A DNA stretch of 64,000 nt, taken from the NCBI RefSeq assembly GCF_009914755.1, contig NC_060930.1, one strand, 5' to 3'. Shown one piece after another: positions 27,303-43,405 of the stretch. Position 1 is the stretch's first letter. Each line of letters starts with the position of its first letter. The notes beneath the pieces are model-generated. The model saw only the letters and a list, made by a program, of their open reading frames with translations. It was not told the DNA's origin and searched no databases. Made by a program: the position numbers and the translations under genes. The stretch comes from the human T2T-CHM13v2.0 reference genome, Homo sapiens.

Positions 27303-30300
27303 ACTTCAGCGTTTTAGTTGTGGGGCTGGCAGAGCATGAAATTGAGTTTGTGTGAGCACGTGTGTGCCTGGGTATAGTGGACTGCATTTTCTTTGCAGAA
27401 GTATAATGAAGCATCTTCAAGGACTTTGAAAAAGTTTCCTCGGACATATCCAGTGAGCATGATAGATGCCATTGTTTCGCAAGTTTTCTATTTTCTTTGT
27501 CTGTACAGGTTGTTCCTGACTTCGTGGCTGGGAGGAAATTGAGGATGCTGAAGAGTACTTGCCGTTTGGCCGGTGGGGTTGAGCCAGTCAGCTGGCTCCT
27601 GTTCTCCCATGGGCCCCTATCGGGGCTGGGTCCTGTGGCTGTAGGAGAGGGGCCACATAGAGGCACCGTTCTAAGTTCTGTGGGGGGACAGCACAGTTCC
27701 TCTGGTCGCCACACATGCCCTGTCTGACTCATCTATTATCTAGACTCATAAAAAAAAAGATCCTAAAAAATACTGGCTCCATTCTGGAGAGTTGGCGCAG
27801 AAATTCAGATTGTGGACTCATTCTGTAAGCTGGCTTCTGTTCCTCACCTCCCACCCTTTTCGCCATGGCCTTCCCTACCTACTATCATCAATCCCCACTG
27901 CCCATCTCCTTTCCCCCACCCGGTTCTCTTACCTGTGTGACTGTTAGGGGTTCAGTGGTAGGTATTTGGGCAAGGAAATTTCTCCTTTCCTTAATTGATT
28001 TTAGGAAGATCTTTTGTATCCCAGAAAGGAACTCCAGGGGGACTGTGGTAAATGTCTGATTTAATCATTTTCTGAATGCATTAACCTCACATATGCTGAT
28101 GGGATGCCAAGAAAATGGAACTCCTACCCTTGTATGGCAGGGAGTCAGGAACTCTGTCCACTGGTGTGTGAGTTCCCTCAGGTCATCCCATCCCATAAGT
28201 GACAAGCACAGTCTCACAACCCTCTTGATTGATGCACAAAAGAGTGGATTTTGCTGCTATACTGAGTCCTGGATATTCACAGCAAAGCTCTAAGTGCCAG
28301 GCAGATGGAAGTGCTTTTGAGTCTGAACCTAAAAACACCTAGACATCCCCACAGAGTCAAATCTCAGGCACAGAGTTAGGATTGGGAGGAAAATCAAAGA
28401 CCACGACCTGGCCTCGCTCCAAAGGCGAGGGGTCCAGTGTATTCCAGGCCATTTGCTTGTGCAAGGACATGGTGTTCTGCTTTCAGTTCCAGTGGTTAAA
28501 GGACGCTATTAAATGCTACTGAATTATTTTAAGAATAGTAGTGTAAACTACATTTAACTTGAGCTACTGTAACTAACTTCTCGGGTTTCTGGACTTTGAT
28601 GAAGATAGCTCTTGTGTTTGCAGCAGACAGAAAGCAAATGTCTAAGTGAGCCCTGAAAGTAAGTTCTCTTCTCGGAAGCATTGGCCTCTCACACACAGAG
28701 GCACAAGGAGTGCTATCCGTTGGACTTGAAGGCTGTTAGAGTTGGAGCTGCAATGGATGCCGGGTAGGTGTTGCTTGGGCATTGTTCCAAGAGGCTCTGG
28801 AGGCAAATATTTTAAACAAGTCAAACAGCCCCTCTAGGCGAGCTGCAGGAAGTCCAGCCCTTGCCTTCGTGTGGTCAGCAGGAGATAAAAGTGTGGACTG
28901 TTGGAGGCTAGGCCCCTCCTAACACTGGATAACAAACTGTTAAGGGAAGATAAAAGGAAAGAGTAGGGATGTCCTTTTTAAACAACATGAAGGTGCCTTT
29001 GTCACATGCATTCAAGTAAATTACGGGTGGTGAGCAAGACATGCCTCATTTTTATGATCACAAGCGTGTTGAAGAATTCTGAGAAGCAGGACTTGGTTTC
29101 AAAAGTATGCCAAAACAATTTCATGTCATGAAAATACTGGTAGAGGTAGGCTTTTGATTGAGAATGTTCCCATTACATACTGGGTTACATTAAATAGGCA
29201 TCAGCTTGGATTTACAAATCTGTGTGCTACAGAGATTTTCCCTGTTAAGGTGTGTCTGACCCATGGGGACTGGGTGGGCGTGTCCAGCTGCCCTTGGACT
29301 GGGCAGATGAGCAGGCAGGGCGGCTGTGCTTCTCTGAAGTGTGCGCATCTCCTCTTAGTTGTGCTTCTGGTGTTGACCCAATTATTGCCCGGGTATGAAA
29401 GAGTTTGAAGGAAGAGACTGTCCTGCTGGTGTCTATCTCCCCTTTTCAGTTTTCCTTCCTGTTCTTTGTAACATTTGGGGGGAGTTTGGGGGCTTGCAAA
29501 GGGGTTATCTGTTTCTCAGGGTGGGGCTTGTAAACATGAACCCACACTTAAGAGCCTGGGCATGTTCAGTGCCCTGTGTGAGCTCAATCCAAAGCAAGTG
29601 AACAAGTGTGCTTCAGGGACATGATGCTTGTTTCAGGCCCCGCTGGGCCGTGGAGGGGCGGTGGCCCTTTGTGCAGTTAGACCCCCCAGGGAGTGCAGTT
29701 GTGAACTAATCACCGCCTGGAGAGCCTGTGTGCCTCACACTTCCTCCAGGACTGCACTAATCCCCACTCCCACCCCCAACTGCCAGCCCCTGGCCTTGGC
29801 CCCCTCCTTCCAAGGTGCCTCTGCTGGTCCAGGAACATGCCACCTCCTCTCCCAGCTGCACATGGGCTTTCCAAAAAGGCCCATCCTGCCTGCTAGTCAT
29901 TTTTGGTTTGCTCAGTTTACTTTAAGAAAACCCATTTGCTTGCCAGTGTTTTTGGTTGGCTAGCTTGTGATAAACACTTATCAACCACTTATATCTCAGA
30001 GCATTTGTTTTCCTTCATATGCACAGTAGTAAATACTTTTCTTAGAGGCGAATTTGGGGGTGAGGGGATGGGAGGTTTTCTGTTGTATGGCGGAGGGCAG
30101 CCCATGCAGCTCCTGGGAGCTGGGCGTGGTCACTTCACCGCACACAGTCATTCCCAGCTGACGGTTTGTAACGTCTGATTACGCACTGTGAAATTTTGAC
30201 CACAGCTGACCACTTTTCCAATGGGCGAGGAAAGATGTGATCTCCTCCTTCCACTGCCTTCTCTAAGCTAAGCTGTTAGGGGAGAAGCATTTCAAACGCT

Positions 30301-30792
30301 TGTATCTTCCACAAGTCATTTTGGTTTTCTAAGGAGTGTCATCCTGAATTCTGGGAATTCGAAGCCCAGATTTAAGGTAAATCACCTGCCCTGGGATTGC
30401 TTAGCTTGCAGCTCGTCCCTGGGGCAAAGTGGAGAATCCCGTTGCTGCTGCACCCTTTCCCTGAGCATGTCAGAAAGGCCAGCCCGGCGACCTCAGGGCC
30501 TGTGAAAGAGTTGCAGGATATTGCCTAAAACTCTATGCAAACTGCTACTGAACTTTACCCTAGCTTCTTACCAGAAGCTGGAAATGTGACCGAAGATACT
30601 TAGATTCACTTCAGAGATGTGTCCCAGAACACTCCCATTTCTACCATACATTGTCATGGTGTCAGCCATGCTGTATTCAGGTGCTGCAGTTAGTTGGGAG
30701 AGAAGCAGCTTGGTGAATATAGGGAAGAAAGAGCTGCATCCCTGTGGCAGCCAGTAGTGTGTACTTCCGTAATTAACCAAACGTGAAGCTGA

Positions 30793-31240
<448 letters not shown>

Positions 31241-31588
31241 GGGGACAGGAATTTTTTTAGAAGACCATCAAGGTGAGCTCCTGCCTTCAAGGTTTTGGCA
31301 ATCCAATAGGGGAAGCAGATGGGTGAATTGAGGAGTTAGGAGAATCATCCCAGGGACTACCTGGAATGTTGGAGGATAAATAGTGTAGCATCAGTAGCTC
31401 GCATGCTGGAGGATGCCACAATGTTTGTAAAGTATTTTAACAAGCACTCCTTTGAACCTATATTGTAAGGTAAGGAGGGCAGTGTTATCAGCTTCATTTT
31501 TCAGCTAGGAGAACTGAGGCTCAGAGTTCGGTGGCTCCATTGATGGCAAGCTGGATTTCCAGGCCAAAATTTAAGACTCCCCATGTCA

Positions 31589-31962
<374 letters not shown>

Positions 31963-34900
31963 TTATGCAGAGAGGACAAGTGTTATGCAAGATAGATTGT
32001 CCCCTTAGAAGTGCAGAATCTGGAAGTCAGAAGAGTCTTCTAACCTGGTCTCCCACCCATTGCCGGACTGGGGTTTTTTGTTTGCTTTTTAATTAACTAG
32101 TGGTTACCCACCCTCTGCTTGAAGACTCCTGGGGACAGCGAGCTCATTACCTTATCTGGCCTGTATCCATCTGAGGGCTTAGTTCAAAGCTCTGGTTTAA
32201 AGAATCATGGAGCTCCAGAGTTACTTGTTTGTGCCTCATTCCTTCCATGGTGGACCTGTGCAATGAGTGTGCCCCTCTTCCACACACCAGTCCTGCAGCT
32301 TTTGTAGCTGGCTCTTGTCTCCATTCTGTTAGCCATTTCCAGTTTTCCCCTTGACTTGGTTTCCCAATCCTCTAGCTTGCTAATGACCCTTCTCCAAATG
32401 GTTTTTCAAAGACCCTTCTTGTGCTACAGTGGAAAGTACAAGATTTTTGGAGTCAGACAACCCCAGGCTAGACTCCTGGCTCCGCCCTTTAAGAGCTGTG
32501 CTATATCTAGCAAATAACCTAATCATTACCTTACAAGATGTGGGGGAGGATTAAATATATGTAAAGTGCCTAGCATATTTCTAGCATAGAGTTTATGTCA
32601 CAAGTGTTAGTGCCCTAGGTTATCAGGGAAGTGGGTGCTCTGGAAAAAATATAATTGGATGCACATTAGATTTCCAGTATACTCTGACTTGAATCCTGTT
32701 TTCTGTTACTTATAGCAACATTCTTTTCTGTTTTCAAATTCCTCAACCAAGGTGTGTTGTGGAGGCCTCTTCCTACCCTTTCTTGCACCTGGGTCTACCT
32801 GATAAGCCAGGAGAGCAGATCTTAGGGTGGGACAGGGCAGGGGAGCTGCTCAACTTAATTCCCTGTGGGACATCTTTAGCCTTGGCCCAGGAAACCCTGC
32901 CTTGCCCTGGGGGTAGGTGAGGGTGCCCTGTGGGCCCTCTGCCCCTGTGGTCCAGCATGGGTGCTTCCTTATTAGAGCATAGTCCACCTTGGGCACCCAG
33001 AGTAGAGACGATACATGTTTCTGCTAAGTTAGGCAAGAAAGTGATGAAATACCAGGGTCCTGGCAGGCAGGCTGAAAAACAATGTTTAGGAAAAGTCTGG
33101 CTTTTTTGGGGAAAGGGCCAGGGACTCAACTCTTCCCACAGCTGAGTGCCGAGGGCTGCTGTGTCCCCTCCCAGGGGAGCCGGGTGCTGTGTGACAAATG
33201 GCTGCCATTTAGCAGCTGTGTCTTGGCCTTGCAAATCTGGCAGTAGTTAGATCCTGGCAGGAAGACATGCTCCCTGGAGAAGAGCTACAAGAAGTGGAGT
33301 CAGCTTCTTCATAGTCCTCATGTACTAGCAGGAAAGCTTATCACTGGGACTGTGCCCCATTTCCTTCCTTTAAAGAAGCACAGAGCCTTGCAGAGAGGTG
33401 CAGGAAGAAGAATGGGGTACCACAGGATGGTTTTATCTGGCATTGTCCAGAAAATCTCCCTAGCTCTCCCGTGGATCATGTTTTAAATACTCAATCTGAC
33501 TGACGTAGATAAATTTGGTAGGCAGGGACCCTGTCTCCCCAGTCAATGTGTGCCTCCCTGCTGAAGTTATATTTAATGTAATAATTTAAATGTCCAAGTG
33601 ATTTTTAAGAGAAGCTGCTTCCTGCATGGAACCTATTACTCTGCATTAAGCTGCTCCTTCCCCCACACTTTACAAAATATTGAAGTTTTCCTTTACCTAA
33701 GAACAACCGACATTGCTTTTGAAAAGGAGCATCAGTAGCTTGTGTTATTTCTAATAAAATGCTCCAGGTCAAGACCAGCGGGGTATTTGAAACCTAGTCA
33801 GAGTAAGGAGCAGACACCCTGGCCTGTGAGAATGACCTCTGATTTTCCTTCCTCCACCCTCTGGTCCCATTAAGAGATAAACTGTAGTAGATGGTGAGCA
33901 GTTTCCAAGGCTGTAAGAGGGAACCCCAGGGCTGCGTGTCTCCCCTTGAGGTCATCTCCCTAACTGTTCTCCCCGTCACCTGCCCCTTGTTGCTCACTCC
34001 TCACTGCCCAGGAGCAGCAGAGAGGTGAGGGAGGGTATCCGGGGCCACCAGGAATCCTGGCTGAAGGGCTCAGGTTTGGAGGTGATCCACAACCACCTCC
34101 AAGGAGCTTTTCGGGAAGTACCACAGGCTTGGCAACTGCTGTTTGCTGGAGAGAAGGCTTTTAGGATCCAGGGCTGCGTGAAGGCCCAGGCCATGTGGTT
34201 TTGCCAGCCATGCACTGCAGGCTGGCCTTGCCTGTCTGAAGCCTACCTCTGATGTGTGTTTGTTCCTGAGGAAGCCCTGCATAGATCCATTCCTCCCTGT
34301 CCCTCATTTATTATTATTTTTTATTGTGGTAGATAAAGCCAGAGTTAGAAATGGGGATCTTTGTCTCTGACCCAGGGCCTTGGTTTTTGCTCTGGAGGTG
34401 TATGATAAGCCAAGCAGCTTCTCCCAAATCCTCACTAAAGGAAGGTTTTCAGTGAGATCCTGAGCTTCTTCATGAGCTGGTTCTCAGGGCTGGATGGAAG
34501 CCTCCAGAGAGCTGTTAACTCAGAAACTCACACTGCTGTGCCAGCCCCCAGAGGGTTTCTGACTCGGTAGGTCTGGGGTGGGACTGAGAATTTGCATTTC
34601 TAATAAAGGGCTGGATGCTCATGCCCTTGGGGTTTGTTTGGTGGAGGGTCTGTAGTAGTTAATTTCTCCCTGCCTCGTGTTGGTGGATCTTCTCTGCAAG
34701 GTCAGCTCATCAGATAGGACTAGACTGTTCAGGATTCAGGCAGAGCCTCCTTTGCTTGGCTGCTTCTAGAACACAAGGGTATATAACGTGAAGTGCCCCA
34801 TCACTTTGCAGAGCAAGCGTAGTGTTTCCAAACTCTTGCCCGCTGCAACGAACCTTTTAGACTGAGGTGGAAGTCCAGTTCTGCCTCCTGCCAGGGAGAG

Positions 34901-35557
34901 GAGGGCAGAGGTGAAGGGGGAGGAGAGCACTCCGCCTTCCTGCCTTGACGGGGACGGAAATGGAAAGCCAGGTGCAGAGCATCTGGAAGGGCAGCAGTGA
35001 TGCAGAGCGAGATTATTAGAAGTCAGAGAACGTGACTAAGGGAGCACACCTGTGCTCTCCAGCCATGGGCCAGGAGTCGCACACTTTTCCAAAAGAAATT
35101 TAACAGAGTTCAGCAACTGGATTTATTACATTGCTCTACCACGCAGCAGCTCTAGGATCTTGGAGACAAGTGACTCAGTCCCTCTCAACCTTTGTCTTTA
35201 TGGCTGTACACTGGGAACAATCCTCATGGTTGTTGTTTTGAGGATTAAATGAGACAGTGCATGTGGCACATGGTGCTCAAAAATGGTTAGCCATGATGAA
35301 GTGTGATGGGTGTGATGGCAACATTAGAGGTGAGTGTGTCCTGGAATTTGGAACCACGAGCCATGGGTCAGTGGGAGTCATGTGGAACATGGCCATGAGG
35401 GATGAGGTCAGGAGAGGGGTGCAGGCAGATATTCTGGGGCAAGGAACTGAGCAGAAAGGGTAACCAAGGGGACTGGTGTGCGACGGGGCCAGAAGGTGGA
35501 CTGAGGCCAGAGCATGGAGACTCTTGAATGGCAGGTTAAAGAGCCTGACCATTAGTC

Positions 35558-35853
35558 TTTTTTTTTTTTTTTGGAGATAAAGTCTGGCCCTGTTGACCAG
35601 GCTTGAGTACAGTGACGTCATGCTAGCTCAGTGCAGCTTCGCACTCCTGGGCTCATGCAATCCTCCTGCCTCAGCCTCCCAAGTAGCTGGGACTGCAGGA
35701 GGGTGCTACCATACCTGCCTAATATTTAAATTTCTTATAGAGATGTGGTCTCACTTCGTTGCCCAGGCTGGTCTCAAACTCCTGGTCTTAAGTGATCTTC
35801 CCACTTGGCCTCCCAAAGTGGTGGGATTAGAGGCATGAGCCACTGTGCCTGGC
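35558..35853 (-). mobile_element. AluJ
   Basis: Diverged full-length antisense Alu. Confidence 0.88.
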
Positions 35854-35984
35854 TTGCTGTAGTCTTGAGAGGATGAGAGTATAGGAGTGTTCTGGAGCTC
35901 AGAAGATACCCAAAGAGGAGGCCGACATATATATCTTGGGTCCCAAGTTTGCTGCCCCCCTTCACCTCTGCACTTTTGTCTTGA

Positions 35985-36170
<186 letters not shown>

Positions 36171-36886
36171 TAGGAGTCCCTTCTCACCCAGGAAGAGAAG
36201 ATCAGAGTTGGACGAAGCAGCTCACGGTGCCCCATGGTGTAGGGGCCTGCTCTAAGGCTCCTGTCTTACCAAAGCCTGTGCCAGCCACGGGTTGCCGGTG
36301 TGGGGGGGTGGGGGTGACTTTCTTGGGTTGCCGCCCTATCCAAGGCATAGCCTGGACCCTAAGCCAAGAAACACATCAACTTCCTGGAACTCAAAGCCGT
36401 CATCACAGCTGTCTCAGCCCTCAGAGCACATGTGAGGTGGTTAGAAGAGATAGTTTTGCCCCGAGCTTTGCAGGCAGAACAGGCATGGCCCTCGTGGAAC
36501 ATTTAGCCTGGTTTGATTCTGTCCCCAGCCTAGCCAAGACTCAGCCCATCCTTCAAGAGATGCCTTTGCTGTTTGTCAAGCTCCCTCCTGGCTCAGACCA
36601 TTTTAGTGTCTGATCTCTTAACTAAAACTTGTAGCCTGTCGTGGGTTGGCCTGAACTGGTCAACTAGGCTCTTACATAGTATGGATCAGCCATCCCAAGT
36701 ATTTGAGGGTGTTGTGGAGACTCTGCACTGTGCCCATCCTGGTCAAGTGTTGTAAAACCCACTGTTCTGTCGTCTGTGGGAACATTTTTTTCAGGGCCTC
36801 TACCATCATCCTAGGCATCTAAACTTATTCCACATTTCCTGGGGGCCTTAGGACAGAGTTTAGATTTCACTTCAAGAACCCTCAGG

Positions 36887-37430
36887 AGGCTGGGGCGGTT
36901 TGGATCACCTTAGGTCAGGAGTTCGAGACCACCCTGGCAAACATGGCGAAACCCCGTCTCTACTAAAAATACAGAAACTAGCCAGGCGTGGTGGTGCACG
37001 GCTGAGGTAGGAGAATCACTTGAACCCAGGAGGCGGAGATTGCAGTGAGCCAAGATCGCGTCACTGCACTCCAGCCTGGGCGACAGAATGAGACTCTGTC
37101 TCAAAAACATGAAGAAAAAAAAAAAAAAGAACTCTCAGGTTTTTGCCTATAATCCCAGCACTTTGGGAGGCTGAGGCGGGTGGATCACTTGAGGCCAGGA
37201 GTTCAAGACCCACCTGGGCAACATGGCAAAACCCTAAAAACCCAATTTTAGTCTCAACTAAAAATGCAAAAATTAAAGTTAGCCGGGTGTGGTGGCACAC
37301 ACGCCTGTAATCCCAGCTACCCGGGAGGCTTGAGGCACAAGAATCGCCTGAACCAGGGAGGCAGAGGTTACAGGCTTTCAGCCTTGGCGACAGAAAAAAA
37401 AAAAGGGAAAGAAAGAAAAAAAAGGAAAGA
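36887..37430 (+). mobile_element. Two tandem 5'-truncated Alus (~36887-37126 and ~37145-37430)
   Basis: Two successive Alu bodies, each with its own A-rich tail. Confidence 0.88.
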
Positions 37431-38171
37431 AACCCTCGGGTTTTTCAGAAGCTGGGATGCAGCCCTTATCTTTCATCTCTTCATTGCTGTCTCCTTAGAC
37501 CTGGAGACCTGCCCCTTAATCTTCTGTTTCTGGCTTTACATAGCATTGTCCCGTATCTCCCCCGGGGCTTGGGGGCTGGCCTTTCCCTCCTCCCACAGAG
37601 GGACTTCCGCCCTCTCTTAGTCCTCCTGCCTCCGTTGACTTTGCGTAAATCTTGTGGGAGTGCAAATCCAGAAATTCAGCAGCCTCCACCAACAACCAGA
37701 CCCAGGCTTTCTGTCACACTTCACCTACAGGAGTCATCTTTAGGGTGCTACTAGTCTTTCCTTTTTTTTTTTTTTTTTCTGAAGCATTGTTGATGGAGGT
37801 AAGGGGTGTCTTAGAGTTTCTTCTAATAACTCTTTTGTACTTTTCCGCTCTTCAAGCTCTGTGACTCCCTCAGGCCTAATAGAACCCAAAACAAACAGCC
37901 TCGTGAACTCTGGCTTTATATTGCAAGACATTCTCAATATTCAAATCATTTACACCCAAGGGCAAGAGGATGGAAGTTTCAAGGTCAAGTCTCTCAGCCT
38001 AGCCCTCTTTCTCTAAAACCATCCTCTCCTTGCTGTCCTGTGTGCTTCCAGGACGCTACCCGGTGGACCTTTTTTTAAGGTGTCTTTTTAAAATGAAGGG
38101 AAATAAAATAAAATGAAATGAAGGGGAGGCAGCAGATCTAAATTTTAATGGAAGTCTTAGCTACATGCTAG

Positions 38172-38564
<393 letters not shown>

Positions 38565-39532
38565 TGAAGTGTGTTTTTATTAATTATGAGTAAAACTATG
38601 GTTCATGCTATTTATTTGGAGATCTTGGCAGTTTCTAGAAAAAAACCAAAGGGCTATTCCTCTTCAGGCTTTGTTCCTAATGAAATTTGTTATTAATTAA
38701 AATATGAAAAAAGAATAACTGCTTTTTTTTAAGCAATATTTAATTTCACCTTAGATGGGTGAAGATAGTCTGAAAGGATGTTTGTGCATTTCTGAAAACT
38801 CCACGGGTATTTTTCATAAAATGGGCTTGATTCATAGTTTACAAGAGGGCAGGTCATGTGTCACGCAAAACAGGGATTCTTACCCTGCTGTCCCTGGGTG
38901 GGTTTCTAGGGTCCCTGACCCTCCTGGTACTGAATGAAAATGTTGAGTATAGAGTATGTGCATTGTTTCAGTGGGGTGGGATGGGGGGGGTATAATGTCC
39001 AGTTTGAGGGTCTCTGCATTCCCTTCTGTGGCACAGGGTCCGTCCCTGTGGGTTAGTCCTGAGGTTCATGGTGACAGCTGTGTGGCATGGATGGGCAGCT
39101 TGTCTGTAGATGCTCCAGAAGGGGAATAAAAGTGAGAAAATATGCCAAGCAGTTGTTTCTCGCCCGGTGTTGTCCGTGTGGGGTTTATTTTACCTCTGAG
39201 TTTTCTCCCAGTTTTGTGCTCTTCACGTTAGCTGAGGGAGGCTGTGTTGAGAGCCAGGGAATGTGGCCACATGCTGTAGCTCTGGGAGATGCTGCATTCC
39301 AGTTTTCTCCCAGCACAGGGCTTTGAAGCCCTTGACACCCCAGAGCAGACTTGCTCAAACTTTTGAAGGGCATGTGTAATTTGAGATGTTTTCTGCATCT
39401 TCCCTACAGAAAGGAAAAGGTCTGCATTTGGTCCTATTTGACGTGTGTTACCAACACTTTCTCCTCACACCTGCGAGAGGATGTAATCATCTCTCCTCTA
39501 CTTTAAGGCACTGTTTAGTTGTATATTTCTTA

Positions 39533-39818
39533 TTATTTATTTTTTGAGACAAGGTCTGGCTCTGTTACCCAGGCTGGAGTGCAGTGGTGCAATCTCAGCT
39601 TACTGAAACCTCTGCCTCCTGGGCTTAAGCCATCCTCCCACCTCAGCTCCAGAGTAGCTGGGACTACAGGCGCATGCCACCACACCCAGCTGATTTTTGT
39701 GTTTTTTATAGAGACAGGGTTTCACCATGTTGTCCAGGCTGGTCTCGAACTCCTGAGCTAAACGATCTGCTCAGTCTTGGCCTCCCAAAGTGCGGGGATT
39801 ACAGGCATGAGCCACTGC
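39533..39818 (-). mobile_element. AluJ with 17-bp TSD
   Basis: TAGTTGTATATTTCTTA at 39516-39532 and 39819-39835. Confidence 0.9.
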
Positions 39819-40264
39819 TAGTTGTATATTTCTTAATTTCTTCAACTGTCTTATTTTTCCCCCTCTGTTTCTGATAGCACTAATTGCTGCCTTGCTTTTC
39901 TCTTGTTAAACTGGCAGTCTGTAGGTGTCTGCTGTGAACATGCCATTAGGATGCACGAAGCTCCCCCCCGGAGCCAGTGGTCCGAGCCATTCTCACATGG
40001 TGCTGCCCTTGACGTTATTGGAATGTGCCTGGGGGATAGGGGTGTTCCTGTCTGTTCAAGGCACACTCAGTTCCAAGCTCTTACTTGGATGTTAATGGGA
40101 CAACTCTGGATGGAATCAGCCTGGCTCCTGGCAGCTTGCTTGTAATTGCAGGCAAGGGATGGGAAATGTTTTCTAGTCCTAATTGGTGACTCCCGGTGAT
40201 GTTGAGCAGAGGACCATTTCTGGTCTTAATCCTCTTTTAACATCACCTTTTCTTATTTTTGTAG

Positions 40265-40383
40265 GTTGCTCCGACTGTGTGTTCCAGGAGTGGTGGCTCT
40301 GAGGTGTGACCCTGCCCACGTTTGGGCCCAGCCAGGTTCAGCCCCCCAATAAGGAGGGCAGCTTGATAACACAAAGAAAACAG
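40265..40383 (+). other. RREB1: Putative non-coding 5'UTR exon of RREB1 (119 nt)
   Basis: Strong acceptor (cttttcttatttttgtag|G) and donor (CAG|GTTAGT); no ATG; resembles the RREB1 mRNA leader as I recall it. Confidence 0.75.
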
Positions 40384-40544
40384 GTTAGTGAAACAGTTTT
40401 CACTCGCAGTGAGTCACAATAATGTTGAACGTCGAGTCTTCCCATGCCCTCCTCTCCTACCCTCCCCTACCTCCCGTTTAATTGTCATGCCATTTCCAGG
40501 TCCTCCTGAGGCTTTGTTGCAAAATCGTGTTGAAATTGTAACTA

Positions 40545-40860
40545 GGCCAGACATGGTGGCTCACACCTATAATTCCAGCACTTTAGGAGGCTGAGGCGGA
40601 CAGATCACTTGAGGCCAGGCATTCAAGACCAGCCTGGCCAACATGGTGAAACCCTATCTCTACTAAAAATAAAAAAAAATTAGCCAGGCGTGGTGGTGCG
40701 TGCCTGTAATCCCAGCTACTCAGGAGGCTGAGGCACGAGAATCGCTTGAACCTGGGAGGCAGAGGTTGCAGTGAGCTGAGATAGTGCCACTGCACTACAG
40801 TGTGGGCAATAGAGTGAGACTGTCTCACAAAAAAAAAAAAAAAAAAAAAAAAGGAGGAAA
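40545..40860 (+). mobile_element. AluS with 13-bp TSD
   Basis: GAAATTGTAACTA at 40532-40544 and 40861-40873; long poly(A). Confidence 0.93.
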
Positions 40861-41149
40861 GAAATTGTAACTATAACTTGTTAGTTCTTGATCTGATGGG
40901 CCTGAAATGTGGGATGAGAAAGGGTGCCAAGGGTTCGTCTCAGGAAGCAACACTTTGGACATCTCTCTCTTTTTTTTTTTCCCTTTTCTCTCCCTCCCTC
41001 CCCTCCAAATCCAGACCATGTGTGTTAAAAACTGGAACACCAGGTTCATCTGCTTGGTAATGTTGATCATATCTATGACTTGGGAACTTCATCTGGTTTC
41101 CCAGTGCTGATTCCAGTTGGAAGAGATTATATTAGAATATGACCAGTGA

Positions 41150-41769
<620 letters not shown>

Positions 41770-42885
41770 TTATTTTATAATAATAACATATATTATTACT
41801 AATATTGGAGTGATGTCAGGGAGAAGAAATGTTGCAGAAGAAAGAATGAAAAGTCTAGGATTGTAAATATCCAGAAAGAAAAAAATGCTTTGTGAATAGA
41901 CCATAAAAATGTTAGTAATGGTCTTTTATTCCCCGAGATTGAGTATCAGAGGGTTTAGGTTGGTTAGTTTGGGCTGTTGTTCCAAAATTGTCCAGGATGT
42001 GGTTATAGGGTAGATAGGACCAACTAATACTGGCCAGCTTGCTCTGGTTCGATGATCTTGTAGAAGAGCCCGCATGTTATGGTGGGTTTTTTCTAACGTA
42101 GAACAATGAGCTCCATTGTGCCTTGCACCAGCTTCTTCCCCTTCTTCCCTGCTCTGTGGTCCTGAAGGAAGAACTCAAATAGAAGACATAAGAACAAACT
42201 GAAGTACAATCTTGTCACAGCCCAAGGGGCTGGTTGTTGGTTCCTTCTGGAACAGATTCTCAGGGATGAGGCCAGTGACTCTTTTCTTTTTTTCAAACAG
42301 TGTAGCTATGAGTTTCATTTTATTAATTACGCTTTCAGATTAGAGATGAGTCTCTATTTTTTTTTAATTGTTATTTACTTAAAATAGGAAAAGGAAGTAA
42401 ATGTAAGTGATCTTGGTGTCATCAGTGGGTAGTGTCACACTTTATACTTTATCCCCAAGGAAGAAACATGTTTAGCAAATATCTTCCTGTCCAGACAAAA
42501 TGGCAAACAACAAGGCTTTTCTCCTTTTCAAGTGGGATAAGCTTTTGCAATTTTCAGCCCTTACATTGGTTAACTATACTGACTGTTGCTAGGCTTTCTG
42601 TGTTTAAGACACTTAGGTAGTTTGCAAGAATGTATCTTTGATAACATGACTGAAAAGAATTTTTACTGGCAATTTGGCTCTGTTTAGTGAATATATTTTT
42701 TTCACTTTGCTTATTATTTCCCTCCTCTCCACTTCCTTCCCTTATTCAATGATAGAATTAGAATTTTTTTTATAACTTAAAATTTTACATTTAGTCTTAA
42801 AGGTGTTTAACCTGTTCCCAGACTTGAGCAAACTCTAACTCTACCACATTTTTCTTTCCTTTTTCTACACACATACACACACATT

Positions 42886-43010
42886 TTGTTGTTTGTTTGT
42901 TTTTGCTTTTAAAATTTGAGATGGGGTCTTGCTGTTTTGCCTAGGTTGGACTTGAACTCCTGGGCTCAAGCAATCCTACCGCCTCGGCCTCTGAAGTAGC
43001 TGGGAGTAGC
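42886..43010 (-). mobile_element. FLAM/Alu monomer
   Basis: gagatggggtcttgctgttttgcctaggttggacttgaactcctgggctcaagcaatcc. Confidence 0.8.
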
Positions 43011-43405
43011 CCTCTTTTCTAAATGTAGTAATAGGACAAAAGCAAGATCATCTTCAAAACTCATAGTATAAATTGGTGGAAAGTTTGTAACAATTACAGG
43101 AAAGAGAGATTTCTAGTCAGTTATGTTGTAATTCTCTGTACATTAAAATTGTGAGGGAGATATACGTATTTAAAAGAAGGAGGTGAGTTCAGTATTGAAG
43201 GTATCCATTTATGAATCAAGTATGTAATTATGTGATTGATTACAAAAATTCTAGGGACTGATGACTCTCTTTTTAGTAGTCCATTAAGAAAAAATTGTGT
43301 GTACACACTCATGTATGCACTTTGTGTCTACATGTTTTTTCCCTATAGAGAAATCACCCAAAATAAACCTTCAAAGACAGTTAAAAACAGAAAGTTTGAA
43401 ACACA

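Noticed and set aside
34628-34647. GGGGTTTGTTTGGTGGAGGG and other G-runs resembling an RREB1 binding element (autoregulation)
   Set aside because: The motif is low-complexity and the matches are poor; cannot be supported without ChIP data.
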